A stretch of 64,000 bases of DNA from Polyangia bacterium (GCA_036494575.1 DASXOE010000154.1:17345-81344); one strand, 5' to 3'; numbered from the stretch's first letter, positions 18,892-29,471 are shown. The notes: generated from the sequence alone by a model not told the origin. Program-made: numbers and translations.

Positions 18892-19620
18892 GCGCGTCAC
18901 GAGCCGCCACTCGCCCGCGAACAACGCCAGCGTCGGCAACATCGCCACCGTCGCCATCGTCCACGTCAAGGCGCGCGGCAGCAGCGGGAACAGCGCGGCC
19001 GCGACGAACGTCATCTGCACGCCCGCGAAGAAGCGCGCGCGCGGATCGGGCTTCAGGCGCTCGGGGAACGCCACCCGCCCGAGCGTCCGACGCAGCCGGA
19101 GGGCGAGCCCGAACGCGGGATAAGCGAGCGCCAACGCCAGGTACCAGGGCGGCAAGCGCCCCCAGCGCACGCCGACGAGTGGCGCCACGAACAGTCCAAG
19201 CGCGTCCGTCGTCACGTCGAGCCGAGCCCCCAGGGCCGTCACGCCCGCCGTCCGGCGCGCCAGCGCTCCGTCTGCCCTGTCGGCGAGCGCCGCGAGCGCG
19301 TAGAGCCCGCCGGGCAGCCAGCGCGCGCCGCCGGCCGGCGCCGGGCCGGCGACGAACCCGGCGACGAGCGCGATCAAGAACCCGCGCGCGAGTGTCACCC
19401 AGGTGGCTTGCGAGAGCGCGCCGCGCTCGTCGGCGGCGCGGCCGCGGCGAAGGCGGCCCAAGAAAAGAACCAGCGAAAGCCACGTTACGGTTGCGACCAA
19501 CGCGAAGCGCGACCAGACCACCGACGGGTCGTAAGACGCAAAACCCTTCGCGGCCACGGTGATCACAGTCACGCCCGCGAACGTCAGCAAGATCGTTGAC
19601 CGCTCTACACGCGGTGTCAT
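18847..19620 (-). CDS. CDP-alcohol phosphatidyltransferase family protein
   Basis: ADRADGALARR...GARLDVTTDALG motif; multi-TM. Start at MTPRVE (ATG 19620). Its 3' end overlaps the GT4 gene by about 45 nt. Confidence 0.7.
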   Translation of the reverse strand: MTPRVERSTILLTFAGVTVITVAAKGFASYDPSVVWSRFALVATVTWLSLVLFLGRLRRGRAADERGALSQATWVTLARGFLIALVAGFVAGPAPAGGARWLPGGLYALAALADRADGALARRTAGVTALGARLDVTTDALGLFVAPLVGVRWGRLPPWYLALALAYPAFGLALRLRRTLGRVAFPERLKPDPRARFFAGVQMTFVAAALFPLLPRALTWTMATVAMLPTLALFAGEWRLVTRSAADGDARAERLHP

Positions 19621-19687
19621 GAAAATGCGCAGCCCGCGTTCTCCTTGATCCGAATCCTGCTCCTCTGGACACAAATAGGGAGAGAAG

Positions 19688-20023
19688 ATGACGGACTCAC
19701 CGATCGATCGCCGCCGCCACGCCAGGTTCCAGCTGGGTCTTCCGGTCGGCGTGCGGCTCGCCGGTCGGCGCACGCCGATCATGGTCGAGCTCCTCGACGT
19801 CTCGGAATCGGGCGCGCGCTTTCGGGCCGCCGGCGCGGAGGTGCAGGTCGCGGAGCGCGCGGCGTTCGGCTTCGTCGTGCCCGAGCGGCCGAGCTGTCAG
19901 GCGCAGGGGTTGGTCGTGCGCGCCGATCGTTCGGGCCAGTTCGCGGGCCAGTTCGTGCTCGCGCTCGACGACACCAATGACGAGTTCGTCGGGTTCATCC
20001 GCCACCTCGCAGCCGAGGCCTGA
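19688..20023 (+). CDS. PilZ domain (c-di-GMP-binding) protein
   Basis: RRRHARF and DVSESGARF motifs match RxxxR...D/NxSxxG. Confidence 0.75.
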   Translation: MTDSPIDRRRHARFQLGLPVGVRLAGRRTPIMVELLDVSESGARFRAAGAEVQVAERAAFGFVVPERPSCQAQGLVVRADRSGQFAGQFVLALDDTNDEFVGFIRHLAAEA

Positions 20024-20159
20024 CGCCCGCGACGCGGATCACGCTCGGGCGGCTCGGTTTAACACTACTTCACGGGCGGACAACGGCACTGCAACGCCAG
20101 CGTTCTAGACTTGTTCCGTGGGCGATGGACGCCCGCCAGAAAGAACGAGAGGGAATCTC

Positions 20160-20711
20160 ATGGACACGGACATCACGAACGATACGAACACGGAGCTCGC
20201 GGGCGCGGCGCGCTCGCCACGCAGGCGCTTCTCGCGACGAATGATGGGGGCGGTCGCGGCGCTCGCGCTCGGCGGCGCCCTGTCGCTCTCGGTCGCGCAG
20301 GCGCGCGGCTTCGGCGGTCCCGAGGGCGCAGGCGTCGCAGCCTTTCGCATGCACAAGATCCTGGATCGCGTGGGCGCGACCGACGCGCAGAAGGCGCAGA
20401 TCAAAACCATCTGGGAGGGGTTGCGGCCGCAGCTCAAGGCGCTCCGCGAGCAGCACGGGGGGCTGCGCCAGCAGCTCACGCAGGCGATGACCGCCGCGAC
20501 GATCGATCCGACGGCGATCGAGAAGCTGCGCCAGCAATCGGTCGGCGTCATGGACAAGCTGTCGTCCGTCATGACCCAGGGCTTCGTCCAGACGGCGCGC
20601 GTGCTCTCACCCGAGCAGCGCAAGCAGGCCGCGGCGGAGATCGAGAAGGCGCGCGAGCATCGGCGCGCTCACTTCGACGAGAACGGGCCTGCCGGAATGG
20701 GCGAGCCCTGA
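20160..20711 (+). CDS. Spy/CpxP-family periplasmic chaperone (LTxxQ motif)
   Basis: Signal peptide; LSPEQRKQ and LTQAMT helix-hairpin repeats. ATG at 20160 preceded by GAGAGGGAA. Confidence 0.8.
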   Translation: MDTDITNDTNTELAGAARSPRRRFSRRMMGAVAALALGGALSLSVAQARGFGGPEGAGVAAFRMHKILDRVGATDAQKAQIKTIWEGLRPQLKALREQHGGLRQQLTQAMTAATIDPTAIEKLRQQSVGVMDKLSSVMTQGFVQTARVLSPEQRKQAAAEIEKAREHRRAHFDENGPAGMGEP

Positions 20712-20763
20712 GCGGGCACGGGCGCTTTGACCACGTCCGCGTCGGGGGTGTAGACATCGAGGG

Positions 20764-21174
20764 GTGAACGTTCGTTCGCCAGCGATCTCGCCAACGATCT
20801 TGGTCGCCGCGGCGGTGCTGGTCGCCTCCGCGGCGCCGGCGCGCGCCGAGTCACCCGGCGGCGCCGCGCCCGCGGAGACCGCGCCCGCGGAGACGGCACC
20901 GGCGGAGGCGCCGTCGGCGCCGGCGCGGCACGTCGAGGGCATCGGGTACTCGGACGAGGCGCCTCCGTCGCTGGCCGCGCCGCTCGTCGTGGCGCCCGCG
21001 CCGCTCGTGGCGGCTCCGCTCCCGAAGGCGAAGCGCGTCCCGCTCGCGCGTCGCTGGTGGTTCTGGGCGAGCCTCGGAACCGCGGCCCTGGGCGTGGTCC
21101 TGGCCGCGCTCTTCATCGGCCCGAAAGAGCCGTATTCGGGAAACGCCATGCCCGGTGTCGTACAGATTTTCTGA
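20764..21174 (+). CDS. Hypothetical secreted/membrane protein (Pro/Ala-rich with a C-terminal TM)
   Basis: Signal peptide, PAETAPAETAPAEAP repeats, C-terminal TM helix. Confidence 0.45.
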   Translation: MNVRSPAISPTILVAAAVLVASAAPARAESPGGAAPAETAPAETAPAEAPSAPARHVEGIGYSDEAPPSLAAPLVVAPAPLVAAPLPKAKRVPLARRWWFWASLGTAALGVVLAALFIGPKEPYSGNAMPGVVQIF

Positions 21175-21191
21175 ATGGACGAGCGCCGGTA

Positions 21192-21698
21192 ATGGACCTG
21201 CGCAGGCCACACCCGCGGTTCGACACTTCCGCGCTCGTGCTGACGGCCTTGCTCACCGCCGTGTCCGCCGGTTGTTTCGCGGACCCGACCGAGGTCGTGA
21301 TCGTCGTCGATACCGATGCGGTTGCCTTCGCCGACTTCCAGCAGATCAACTACCAGCTCGGGCGCGGGTTTTCGCCGGGCTTCGAGAACGGCGCCTTTGC
21401 CAACGCCCTGCCCATGCCGTCGACCGTGGGCGTAACGCCGTCGGGCCCAGGAACGACGACCTTCGAGGTGGTCGTGATTTTCACGGGCAACACGGGACAG
21501 CCGTTCCTGCAGCGCAAGGTTTCGAACATTCCCTTCGTCCCCGATCAGATGCGCGCGCTGTTCATCCCGATGCTGAAGGGTTGCGCGTGCAACGGCACCA
21601 ACTGCCCGCACGCGCTCGACGACGGGTGCCGCGACATCACGGCACCCGTCCTGACGTCGTTCGACGAGAGCAACCTCCCGCGCCTCGGCTCTCAGTAA
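21192..21698 (+). CDS. Hypothetical lipoprotein
   Basis: Signal peptide plus lipobox (LTAVSAGC). Cys-rich C-terminus (CACNGTNCPH...DGC). Confidence 0.5.
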   Translation: MDLRRPHPRFDTSALVLTALLTAVSAGCFADPTEVVIVVDTDAVAFADFQQINYQLGRGFSPGFENGAFANALPMPSTVGVTPSGPGTTTFEVVVIFTGNTGQPFLQRKVSNIPFVPDQMRALFIPMLKGCACNGTNCPHALDDGCRDITAPVLTSFDESNLPRLGSQ

Positions 21699-22132
21699 CC
21701 TGGCGGAGCCCAGTAGCCGTCTTGCCAGGCCCACTGGGCGCCGTCCCACGCCCAGGTGCCGGGGAGCCAGACCCAGCCGGCGTAGGGACGGACGCTGGGC
21801 GCGCCGAGCCAGACGCGGGTCGTGCCGCGCCAGCCCCAGTGACCCGCGACGGGCCCGACGCCATAGCCGAAGCGGGGCCCGCCGTAACCGGCGTGCCCGC
21901 CGTAACCGGCGTGAGCGCCGTACGCCGCGTGGCCCGCGAAGGCTCGCGGCGCCACGGCGACGTGGGGCACGAACGCCGGACGCGAGGCGAAGCCGCCGCG
22001 CCAGCCGCCGCTGGCGTGCGCCACCGGCGCGGCATGACCGCCGCCACGCCAACCTTGCGCAGAGGCCGGCTTGGCGGTCCCCAGCAACAATCCGAGAATG
22101 GGCAACGCGAACGAAAGTGCGACGCGCTTCAT
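21692..22132 (-). CDS. Secreted WXXGXW / YXWGXW repeat protein
   Basis: Signal peptide. Gly/Trp/Tyr-rich repeats (GHWGWRG, GWVWLPGTWAWDGAQWAWQDGYWAPPGY). Confidence 0.7.
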   Translation of the reverse strand: MKRVALSFALPILGLLLGTAKPASAQGWRGGGHAAPVAHASGGWRGGFASRPAFVPHVAVAPRAFAGHAAYGAHAGYGGHAGYGGPRFGYGVGPVAGHWGWRGTTRVWLGAPSVRPYAGWVWLPGTWAWDGAQWAWQDGYWAPPGY

Positions 22133-22207
22133 GATCGTGAACCTCCATCCATAGGACGGCGGTCGAGGCGCGCTTATTCCGGCGAAACCCGGGGAGATCT
22201 GGCTGAA

Positions 22208-23614
22208 TCAGATCGGAACGCGGGTCTTTTCGAGCGAGGCGACGTCGGCGATGATGCCGCGCAGGCGGTCCTCGACGAGGGCGCGGATCTCGGCGAGCCG
22301 CGGCGGCGTGTCGGCCTCGAAGCGCATGACGAGCACGGGCCCCGTGTTCGAGGCGCGCACGAGACCCCAGCCGACATTGCGGCCGCCGTCCTCGAACATC
22401 ACGCGCGCGCCGTCGACGTCGACGACCTCGTAGCGGTCGCTGAACCAGCTCACGGCGCGCTTGACGACCTCGAACTTCAGGTCGTCCGGGCACGGCATGC
22501 GGATCTCGGGCGTGTTGTGCAGGACCGGCAGCGTGTCGAAGAGCTGCGCGAGCGTCTTCGGCGATTGCGTGAGCAGCTCGATGAGGCGCAGGCCCGCGTA
22601 GACGGCGTCGTCGAAGCCGAACCAGCGATCGGCGAAGAACATGTGCCCCGACATCTCGCCCGCCAGCGCGGCGTTCTCTTGCTTCATCTTCACCTTGATG
22701 AGGGAGTGGCCGACCTTCCACATGATGGCCCGGCCCCCGCGGCTCGTGATGTCATCGAAGAGGGCCTGGCTGCACTTTACCTCGCTGACGAAGGTCGCGC
22801 CGGGCTGGCGCGTGAGGATGTCGCGCGCGAACAGCATGACGAGCTGATCTCCCCACAGGATGCGGCCCTGGCCGTCAACGGCGCCCACGCGATCCGCGTC
22901 GCCGTCGAGGGCGATGCCCACCTCGGCGTCCGAGGCCCGCACGCGCGCCACGAGGTCGACGAGGTTCTCGGGCACGGTCGGGTCGGGGTGGTGGTTGGGG
23001 AAGCGACCGTCGGGGTCGCAGTAGATGCCGTCGGCGTCGAGGCCGAGCTTGGCGAGGATGGGCAGGATCGCGAGCCCTCCCGTGCCGTTGCCGCCGTCGA
23101 CGACGATCTTGAAGCGGCGCGGTCCGAGCTGGATGTTCGCCGCGACATAGTCGACGTAGTCGCGCAGGATGTCGTGGTCGCTGGCGGTGCCCGCGGGCGC
23201 GTCCGCGCGAAAGGCGCGCGTCTCGATGCCCGTGCGCAGCTTCTGGATCTCGGCGCCGTGGATCGTGCTCTTGCCGTGCACGACCTTGAAGCCGTTGTCC
23301 TCGCCGGGGTTGTGGCTCGCCGTGATCATGACGCCGCCGTCGGCGTGCAGGTGGAAGACCGAGAAGTAGAGCGCGGGCGTGTGCACGATGCCGACGTCGA
23401 CGACGTCGAGGCCGGAGGCGAGCAGCTCGCGCTTGAGAACGGCGTGGATGCGCGGCGACGATAAGCGGCAGTCGCGGCCGAGCGTGATGCGGCGCGCGCC
23501 GCGCTCGGCGAAGTACGCGCCCATCGAGCGGCCTAGATCGGTGACGAAGGCGTCGGGGAAATCCTCTTCCGCGTGGCCGCGGATGTCGTACTCGCGAAAG
23601 ACTCTCGGGTTCAT
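22208..23614 (-). CDS. Phosphomannomutase/phosphoglucomutase
   Basis: Active-site TASHNP, the GIALDGDADR metal loop and the GEMSGH sugar-binding loop. Confidence 0.95.
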   Translation of the reverse strand: MNPRVFREYDIRGHAEEDFPDAFVTDLGRSMGAYFAERGARRITLGRDCRLSSPRIHAVLKRELLASGLDVVDVGIVHTPALYFSVFHLHADGGVMITASHNPGEDNGFKVVHGKSTIHGAEIQKLRTGIETRAFRADAPAGTASDHDILRDYVDYVAANIQLGPRRFKIVVDGGNGTGGLAILPILAKLGLDADGIYCDPDGRFPNHHPDPTVPENLVDLVARVRASDAEVGIALDGDADRVGAVDGQGRILWGDQLVMLFARDILTRQPGATFVSEVKCSQALFDDITSRGGRAIMWKVGHSLIKVKMKQENAALAGEMSGHMFFADRWFGFDDAVYAGLRLIELLTQSPKTLAQLFDTLPVLHNTPEIRMPCPDDLKFEVVKRAVSWFSDRYEVVDVDGARVMFEDGGRNVGWGLVRASNTGPVLVMRFEADTPPRLAEIRALVEDRLRGIIADVASLEKTRVPI

Positions 23615-23642
23615 GGGCGACTCGGGGTCGAGCGCGGTGATT

Positions 23643-24761
23643 CTAGAGCAAATCCTGGCGGCCGGACTTCTTGGCGGCCTCGACGATCTTCTTGACGTCT
23701 TGCGCGAGGGCCTTCGGCACGACGAGGACAGCGTCCTTCGTCACGACGACGACGAGATCTTTGACGCCGACGACGCCCACGAAGGGCGCTCCCTCGTCGG
23801 CGATCACGAGGCTGCCTTCGCTGTCGACGACCGTGGCGCCACCCAGCACGACGTTTCCTTCTTTGTCGGCGGGGCGGATCGTCGCGACGGCCGCCCAGCT
23901 GCCCACGTCGTTCCAGCCGAAGGCGCCGGGCAGCACGCGCAGGCCCCCGGCCTTCTCCATGATGCCGTTGTCGATGGAGATGCTGGGCGTCGCCGCGTAA
24001 CGCGCGCGCACGACGGCCGCGGCCGCGGCGTCGTCTCGCGCGGCCACGGCCGCGTCGAGCACGTCGGCGAGCGCCGGCAGGTGGCGGCGCGCCTCCTCGA
24101 ACATGCGCCCCGCCGTGAGGAAGAACATGCCCGAGTTCCACAGGTAACCCTTCGAGGCGACGTACTCCTCGGCCTGGGCGAGGTTCGGCTTCTCGACGAA
24201 GGCGGCCACGTCGTGCGCGCGCGCGCCGTGCGGCCGCGCGCCCAACTGAGAGCCGACGCGGAGGTAGCCGAAGCCCGTCTCGGCGTGCGTCGGCGTGATG
24301 CCGATCGTGACGATGGCCTCGCGTCCCTCGGCGAGAGCGGCGCGCAGCAGGCGCTCGTACGCGGGCTCGTCGCCGATGAACGGATCGGCGGGGAGCACGG
24401 CGATGACGGCGTCGGGGCCGGCGCGCCGCGCCGCGACCACGGCGCCAAGGCCCACGGCGGGCGCCGTGTTGCGTGGCACGGGCTCGGCGATGACGTTGGC
24501 GGCCGGCAGGTCCGGTACGGCGGCGCGAACCTGCGCCTCCTGGTCGGCGGCCGTGACGACCAGCGTGTTTTCGAGGCCCACGACCGTTTGCGCGCGGCGC
24601 ACGGCGGCCGCGAGGAGCGATTCGGTGCCGCCCAACGTCAGGAGCTGCTTCGGCCGCGCGCGGCGGCTCGAGGGCCAAAGGCGCGTCCCGCCACCGCCCG
24701 CGAGGATGACCGCGAAGGCGGCGACCGCGGAAGCCGGGCTCGTCGCTCGGGGTTGAGACAT
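23643..24761 (-). CDS. Mannose-1-phosphate guanylyltransferase (GDP-mannose pyrophosphorylase)
   Basis: ILAGGGGTRLWP nucleotide-binding motif. Start at MSQPRAT (ATG 24761). Confidence 0.9.
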   Translation of the reverse strand: MSQPRATSPASAVAAFAVILAGGGGTRLWPSSRRARPKQLLTLGGTESLLAAAVRRAQTVVGLENTLVVTAADQEAQVRAAVPDLPAANVIAEPVPRNTAPAVGLGAVVAARRAGPDAVIAVLPADPFIGDEPAYERLLRAALAEGREAIVTIGITPTHAETGFGYLRVGSQLGARPHGARAHDVAAFVEKPNLAQAEEYVASKGYLWNSGMFFLTAGRMFEEARRHLPALADVLDAAVAARDDAAAAAVVRARYAATPSISIDNGIMEKAGGLRVLPGAFGWNDVGSWAAVATIRPADKEGNVVLGGATVVDSEGSLVIADEGAPFVGVVGVKDLVVVVTKDAVLVVPKALAQDVKKIVEAAKKSGRQDLL

Positions 24762-24907
24762 CGTCGCGGCGCACTCTAACAAACGGCACCCCGGTCGCAA
24801 GCGAGCGGCCGGCCGGCGCGCGCGCGGGTTGAATTTCGGCGCGCGGCGATGCGCGACACCGCAAAATTGCCGCGGGCGACCCCGTGGCGGCGTGATATTT
24901 TGCAGAG

Positions 24908-27900
24908 GTGCCAGCGGCTGACGCGCCGAAGGGAGGAGTGGTGGCCGCGCGGGCGGAGGAGCTGCGTCGCGCCGTAGCCGCGGCGACCGACACGGCGACG
25001 CGGGCGCGTCTGCAGGTGCAGCTGGCCGAGGTCTTGCGCGTACGCGACCTGCGGCAGGCGGTGGACGAGCTGCGGCGCGCGGCGGCCGACGCTCCGGGTC
25101 TGCCCGCCGTGACGATGGCGGTCCTCAGCGTCGCGCGCGCGTTGCCGGCGAAGGAGCGGCTGGCCTTGCTCGTCGAGCTGGCGCCGCCCGCCGACGTCAC
25201 CGTGCCGGCCTGGTCGGCGGCCGCGGCCGACGCCGAGGCCGAGCTGGGCGCGCCCGCGCGCGCCGCCGACGCGTGGTTCGCCCTCGCGCGCGACGAGCGC
25301 GTGCCGCTGCACCGCCGGCGCGTGGCGGCGCGCAAGGCCGAGGCGCTCGCGGCCGGTGTCTCGCCCGACGTGCAGCGAGCGGCGCTCCGGCTCGCGGCGG
25401 CGCTCACGTCGGGGGCGTCGCGCCTCGGTTACCTGCGCCGGGCTCTCGCCCTCGCCGTGCCGGTCGCGGGCGCGGACGAGCTCGTGGCGCTCGCGACCGA
25501 ATGGCTCGAAGCGGGCGGTCCTGGTCACGCCGTCGACGCCGCGCTCGCGCGTGCTCAGTCGGGAGGCTCGCCGCCTCAGGCGCTCGATCGCGCGTCCGCC
25601 GAGGCGACCCGCCGCGGGTCGCGCACGCGCACCGCGAACCCGCCTCCCGGCGGCGCGCGTCGGTCGGCGCGCGCGGTCGGCAAGCCGAGCGCGGCGTCGG
25701 CGCGCGCGCCCGCGCCCGCGGCTGATGCGGCGGCGCCGACGGTCACGACCCTGCTCGGAGCCGCGGCGCGGCTCGAGGCCGGGCTCGCGGAGGCGAAGGC
25801 GGGGCACGCGAACCGCGCGCGGCGGTTGGCCGAAGAGGCGCTCCGGAGCGCGCCGTCGTCGGAGGCGCTGACGGCGCGCGCCGCCGTGCTCGAGACGGCG
25901 TTGCGCGAGGGCGGCTATTTGAAGGACGCGTTGCGCATCAAGCGGACGGTCCTCGAGGGCCTGGCCGAGGCGTCGCGGACGGTCCCGCTCGCGGCGCTCG
26001 CCGAGGAGGCGGCGCAGGCCGGTCTCACGTCCTTGGCGCGGACATGGCGCGCGGACGCGGGTCTTCCGACCGTGTCCGAGGCGCCGGCGGCGCCCCCCGC
26101 GGCCGCCTCGACACCGGCCGAACACTACCTCTACGCGCAGCGGCTCCTGGCCCGCCTGGGCGCGGGTCAATCGCTCGAGCCGGTGCTGGTCGCGCTCGAG
26201 CACGCCGTGGCCGGGCACGCCGGAGCGTCCGAAGCGCTCGGGCTCGCCGAGAGATTGCTCACGCGCGTCGTCGACGGAGACGAGCTCGCGCGGCGGCGGC
26301 TCGAGCTGCTGCGCGCCGCGCACGGCGCCGAGTTCGAGCCTGCCCGCCGCCTGCGCCTCGGCGAGCGCCTCGCCGAGACCCTCGCGCGGCTCGACGATCC
26401 GGTGGGCGCGGTCGCCGTGCTCGAGCAGGCGTTGCGCGGGGCGCCGCCGGGCGACGAGGACAGCCGCCTGCGCGGCGAACGTTCACGGCTGCTGCGAAAG
26501 ATCGGGCGCGCGCGCGAGCTCGCGGCGGCGCTCGAAGCCGACGCGGCCGCGCTCGTGGGCGACGAGCGCCTGCGCGCGCTGGCGGAGCGCGCGTCGCTGC
26601 TCGACGCCGCGGGCGAGTTCGAAGCGGCGCTCGACGTGCGACTCATGGCGCTCGCCGAGTTCCCGGCTGACCTGCCGCTCGTGGGCGCGGCGCGCCGGCG
26701 CCTCGAGAGCACGGGCCGTCCCGCGGAGTCGCTGCGCCTCGCCGTAGCGGCCGTCGAGCGCATCGCGGACGTCGCCGAGAAGCTGCGCCTCCTGCGCGAC
26801 ATCGCCGCGCTCTCCGAGCGCTCGGGCGCGAACCCGGCCGAAGCGGCGGCGGCGTGGCTCGCCGTCCTCGAGCTCGATCCACGAGACGCGGCGGCGGCCG
26901 CCTCGGCGGAGCGCCTCCTGCTCGCCGTGGGCGACTGGGAGCGCTGCGCGGAGCTTCTCTCGTGGGCCGCGGCGCGCCAGGTGGGCGGCGCGCGCGCGCC
27001 CTCGGGCGAGCCGCGCCCCGCGCTCCTGTGGCGCCTCGCCGAGCTGCGCCGCGCGCGGCTCGGACAGACGGACGAGGCGCTGCGCCTGTACGGAGAGATG
27101 TTGGCCGAGAGCGGCCGCCCGCAGGGGCCGCTGCAAGATCCGCCCGACCTCGCCACCTTCGCGCGCCGCGACGCCGCCGTGGGCTTGCACACGGCACGCG
27201 CGGCCGTCGCGCCCACGGCCGCCGATCGCGCGCGCGCGCTGCTCGACCGCGCGCTGCTCTTGCTCGAGCGGGGTCGCGACGACGCCGCCGAGCGCGACGT
27301 CTTGCGCGCGCTCGATCTCGATCCGCGCAACATCGAGTGCGTCGCGGCGCTCGAGCGGTTGCACGAGGGCAGCGGGCGCTGGGTGGAGCTCGCCCACGAC
27401 CTGCGGCAGCGCGCCGCCGCGCTGCCGCCCGAGCCGGCGGCGCGCCTATGGTTCGGCGCCGGGCGCGCCTCCGAGCGCACGGGCGATCGGGTCGCGGCGC
27501 GCGAAGCGTACCGGCGCGCCATGGCGCTCGACCCGGCGCTGCCGGAGCCCATCGCCGCCCTCGGCGGCTTGGCGGCGCGCGACGGCGACTGGAACGAGGT
27601 CGCGAAGCTGCTCGAGAGCGAGGCGGCGCTCGTGGGCCCGTCGCCGCGCAAGGGGCGGCTGCTCGCCGAGCTGGCCGCGGTCCACGGCGAGCGGCTTTCG
27701 AACCCGCAGCGCGCCATCGAGCTGCTCGAGGCCGCCGCGGGGTTGCTCCCCGAGGAGCCGCGCATGCTCGACCTCGCGTCGCGCTTCAACCTCCTCGCGG
27801 GCCGCTGGGAGCCGGCCGTGCAAGCCCTCGATCGCCTCGCGACCCTGGGCGCTGTCCCCGCCGATGCGGCCGAGCGCTACCACCAGGCGGGCGCGGCCGC

Positions 27901-28657
27901 CGAGGCGCAGGGGCACGTCGATCGCGCGCTCGTCCTCTATTCGCGGTCGTACGCCCGCAACACGTCCTATCGACCGACGCTCGAGCGCCTGTCGGAGATC
28001 TGCTTCGACAAGGATCAGTGGGACAACACTTGGAAGGCCACCGAGGCGCTGCTCGAGCGGCACGGCGCCGCGCTCACGGCGGCCGAGCGCGCCGTGCTGC
28101 TGCTGCGCTCCGCGATTGCCGACCTGCACGTCGCGGCGCGCGCGCAGGCGACGGCGCGGCTCTCGGCCGTCGTCACGCGCGGCGGTGGGTTCTCGCCCGA
28201 CGTCGGCATCCGCGACGTCGCCGAGAGCTGGTCGGCGATGCGCGCCGAGCCCCGCTTGCTCGCCAACATGGACCGCGCGCGGCGCGAGCGCGTCCTCGCG
28301 CGCGCCACCGAGGCGCTCGCGCTCGCCGTCGGAATCTCGCCGCCCGCGCTCGAAGAGGCGAGCTTGGCGCGAGAGATCCTGGGCGCGCTCGCCGTCGTGG
28401 AGGAGCGCTGGCAGGACGCGCTCGGCTTGCTCGCGGCGCTGGCCGAGGGCGCCACGGCGCGGCCCGCGGACGCTTGCGGATTCTTGCTGGCCGCGGGCGA
28501 CATCCGCGGCGGCAAGCTCGGCGACACGGACGGCGCGAAGGCGCTCTACGCGCGCGCCGCCGCCGTCGCGCCCAGGGACTCGCGGCTCGCGATGCGCAAG
28601 CCGGGCGCGCTCGCGACGACGGTCGCACACGACATCACGGACGAGATGATTCTCTGA
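24908..28657 (+). CDS. Large TPR-like helical-repeat protein (1249 aa; Ala/Leu/Arg-rich)
   Basis: Long ORF with coding-like codon bias. Many recognisable 34-aa repeats (LDLDPRNIECVAALERL..., ALDPALPEPIAALGGLA...). Confidence 0.65.
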   Translation: MPAADAPKGGVVAARAEELRRAVAAATDTATRARLQVQLAEVLRVRDLRQAVDELRRAAADAPGLPAVTMAVLSVARALPAKERLALLVELAPPADVTVPAWSAAAADAEAELGAPARAADAWFALARDERVPLHRRRVAARKAEALAAGVSPDVQRAALRLAAALTSGASRLGYLRRALALAVPVAGADELVALATEWLEAGGPGHAVDAALARAQSGGSPPQALDRASAEATRRGSRTRTANPPPGGARRSARAVGKPSAASARAPAPAADAAAPTVTTLLGAAARLEAGLAEAKAGHANRARRLAEEALRSAPSSEALTARAAVLETALREGGYLKDALRIKRTVLEGLAEASRTVPLAALAEEAAQAGLTSLARTWRADAGLPTVSEAPAAPPAAASTPAEHYLYAQRLLARLGAGQSLEPVLVALEHAVAGHAGASEALGLAERLLTRVVDGDELARRRLELLRAAHGAEFEPARRLRLGERLAETLARLDDPVGAVAVLEQALRGAPPGDEDSRLRGERSRLLRKIGRARELAAALEADAAALVGDERLRALAERASLLDAAGEFEAALDVRLMALAEFPADLPLVGAARRRLESTGRPAESLRLAVAAVERIADVAEKLRLLRDIAALSERSGANPAEAAAAWLAVLELDPRDAAAAASAERLLLAVGDWERCAELLSWAAARQVGGARAPSGEPRPALLWRLAELRRARLGQTDEALRLYGEMLAESGRPQGPLQDPPDLATFARRDAAVGLHTARAAVAPTAADRARALLDRALLLLERGRDDAAERDVLRALDLDPRNIECVAALERLHEGSGRWVELAHDLRQRAAALPPEPAARLWFGAGRASERTGDRVAAREAYRRAMALDPALPEPIAALGGLAARDGDWNEVAKLLESEAALVGPSPRKGRLLAELAAVHGERLSNPQRAIELLEAAAGLLPEEPRMLDLASRFNLLAGRWEPAVQALDRLATLGAVPADAAERYHQAGAAAEAQGHVDRALVLYSRSYARNTSYRPTLERLSEICFDKDQWDNTWKATEALLERHGAALTAAERAVLLLRSAIADLHVAARAQATARLSAVVTRGGGFSPDVGIRDVAESWSAMRAEPRLLANMDRARRERVLARATEALALAVGISPPALEEASLAREILGALAVVEERWQDALGLLAALAEGATARPADACGFLLAAGDIRGGKLGDTDGAKALYARAAAVAPRDSRLAMRKPGALATTVAHDITDEMIL

Positions 28658-29471
28658 CGCCGGGGTCGCGGCGCGCCGCCGCCGTCCCGAGCAGCGCGAG
28701 CCCGACGGCGAGCGCGACCGGTCCGGTGTGGAAGACGAGCAGGTGCGGCAGCTCGGTCGCGGCTGGGCACGCGAGGTGAAGCGCGGCGTGACCCGCCAGC
28801 GCGCCGCCGCCCACGGCCGCGACGGCGAGCGCGGGCGCCGCTCGCGCGTGTCCCGGGGCGGTGGGTCCGCGCGCGGCGAGCCCGCGGGCCACGAGCCAGG
28901 CTGCCAGGCCGACGCCGCCTGCCGTCATCGCCTCGACGAACGCGCAGTGAAGACCGCCGGGGGCCTCGAGCGCGCGCCCCGTGCCCGCGACGAGCGCCGT
29001 CACCGCCGACAACAGCGGGAAGGCCACGGCGACGCGGCCGCCCCAACGCACGGTGGCCGCCGAGGCCACGGCCGCGAGCGCCGCCAGCGCCGCGGACAGG
29101 GCGAAGGAGCCGCCCGTGACGATGGGACCGCGCGCGAGCGCGAGAGGCAGCGCCCAGGCGGCGACGACGGCCGCCGCGACGGCGCCCGCGAGGCGGCCGG
29201 CTCCGGCGCCCGCGCCGACGGACCCGCGTTCACCGTCGAGCTCGGCGAGGACGGCGGCGGACACGCGCCGCAAGGCCGCGGGCGACGGCGCGGGCAGGAT
29301 CGACGTGTCGAGCATCGCGAGCAAGCGGCCACCTTCGGCGAGCGTGCGCGCGCAGGCCGCGCAGGTGCGCGCGTGCTCCTCGGCGCTCCGGCGCTCGGGC
29401 GCGTCGGGGGGCAGGGCCGCCAGGCCCATGGCCTCGGCGGCAAGGTCGTCGCAGGAGGTCCGCGCCGTCAC
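28635..29471 (-). CDS. Anti-sigma factor (zf-HC2 N-terminus with a polytopic membrane domain)
   Basis: HARTCAACARTL zinc-finger motif. ATGA-coupled downstream of the ECF sigma factor gene. Confidence 0.7.
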   Translation of the reverse strand: MTARTSCDDLAAEAMGLAALPPDAPERRSAEEHARTCAACARTLAEGGRLLAMLDTSILPAPSPAALRRVSAAVLAELDGERGSVGAGAGAGRLAGAVAAAVVAAWALPLALARGPIVTGGSFALSAALAALAAVASAATVRWGGRVAVAFPLLSAVTALVAGTGRALEAPGGLHCAFVEAMTAGGVGLAAWLVARGLAARGPTAPGHARAAPALAVAAVGGGALAGHAALHLACPAATELPHLLVFHTGPVALAVGLALLGTAAARRDPGVRESSRP

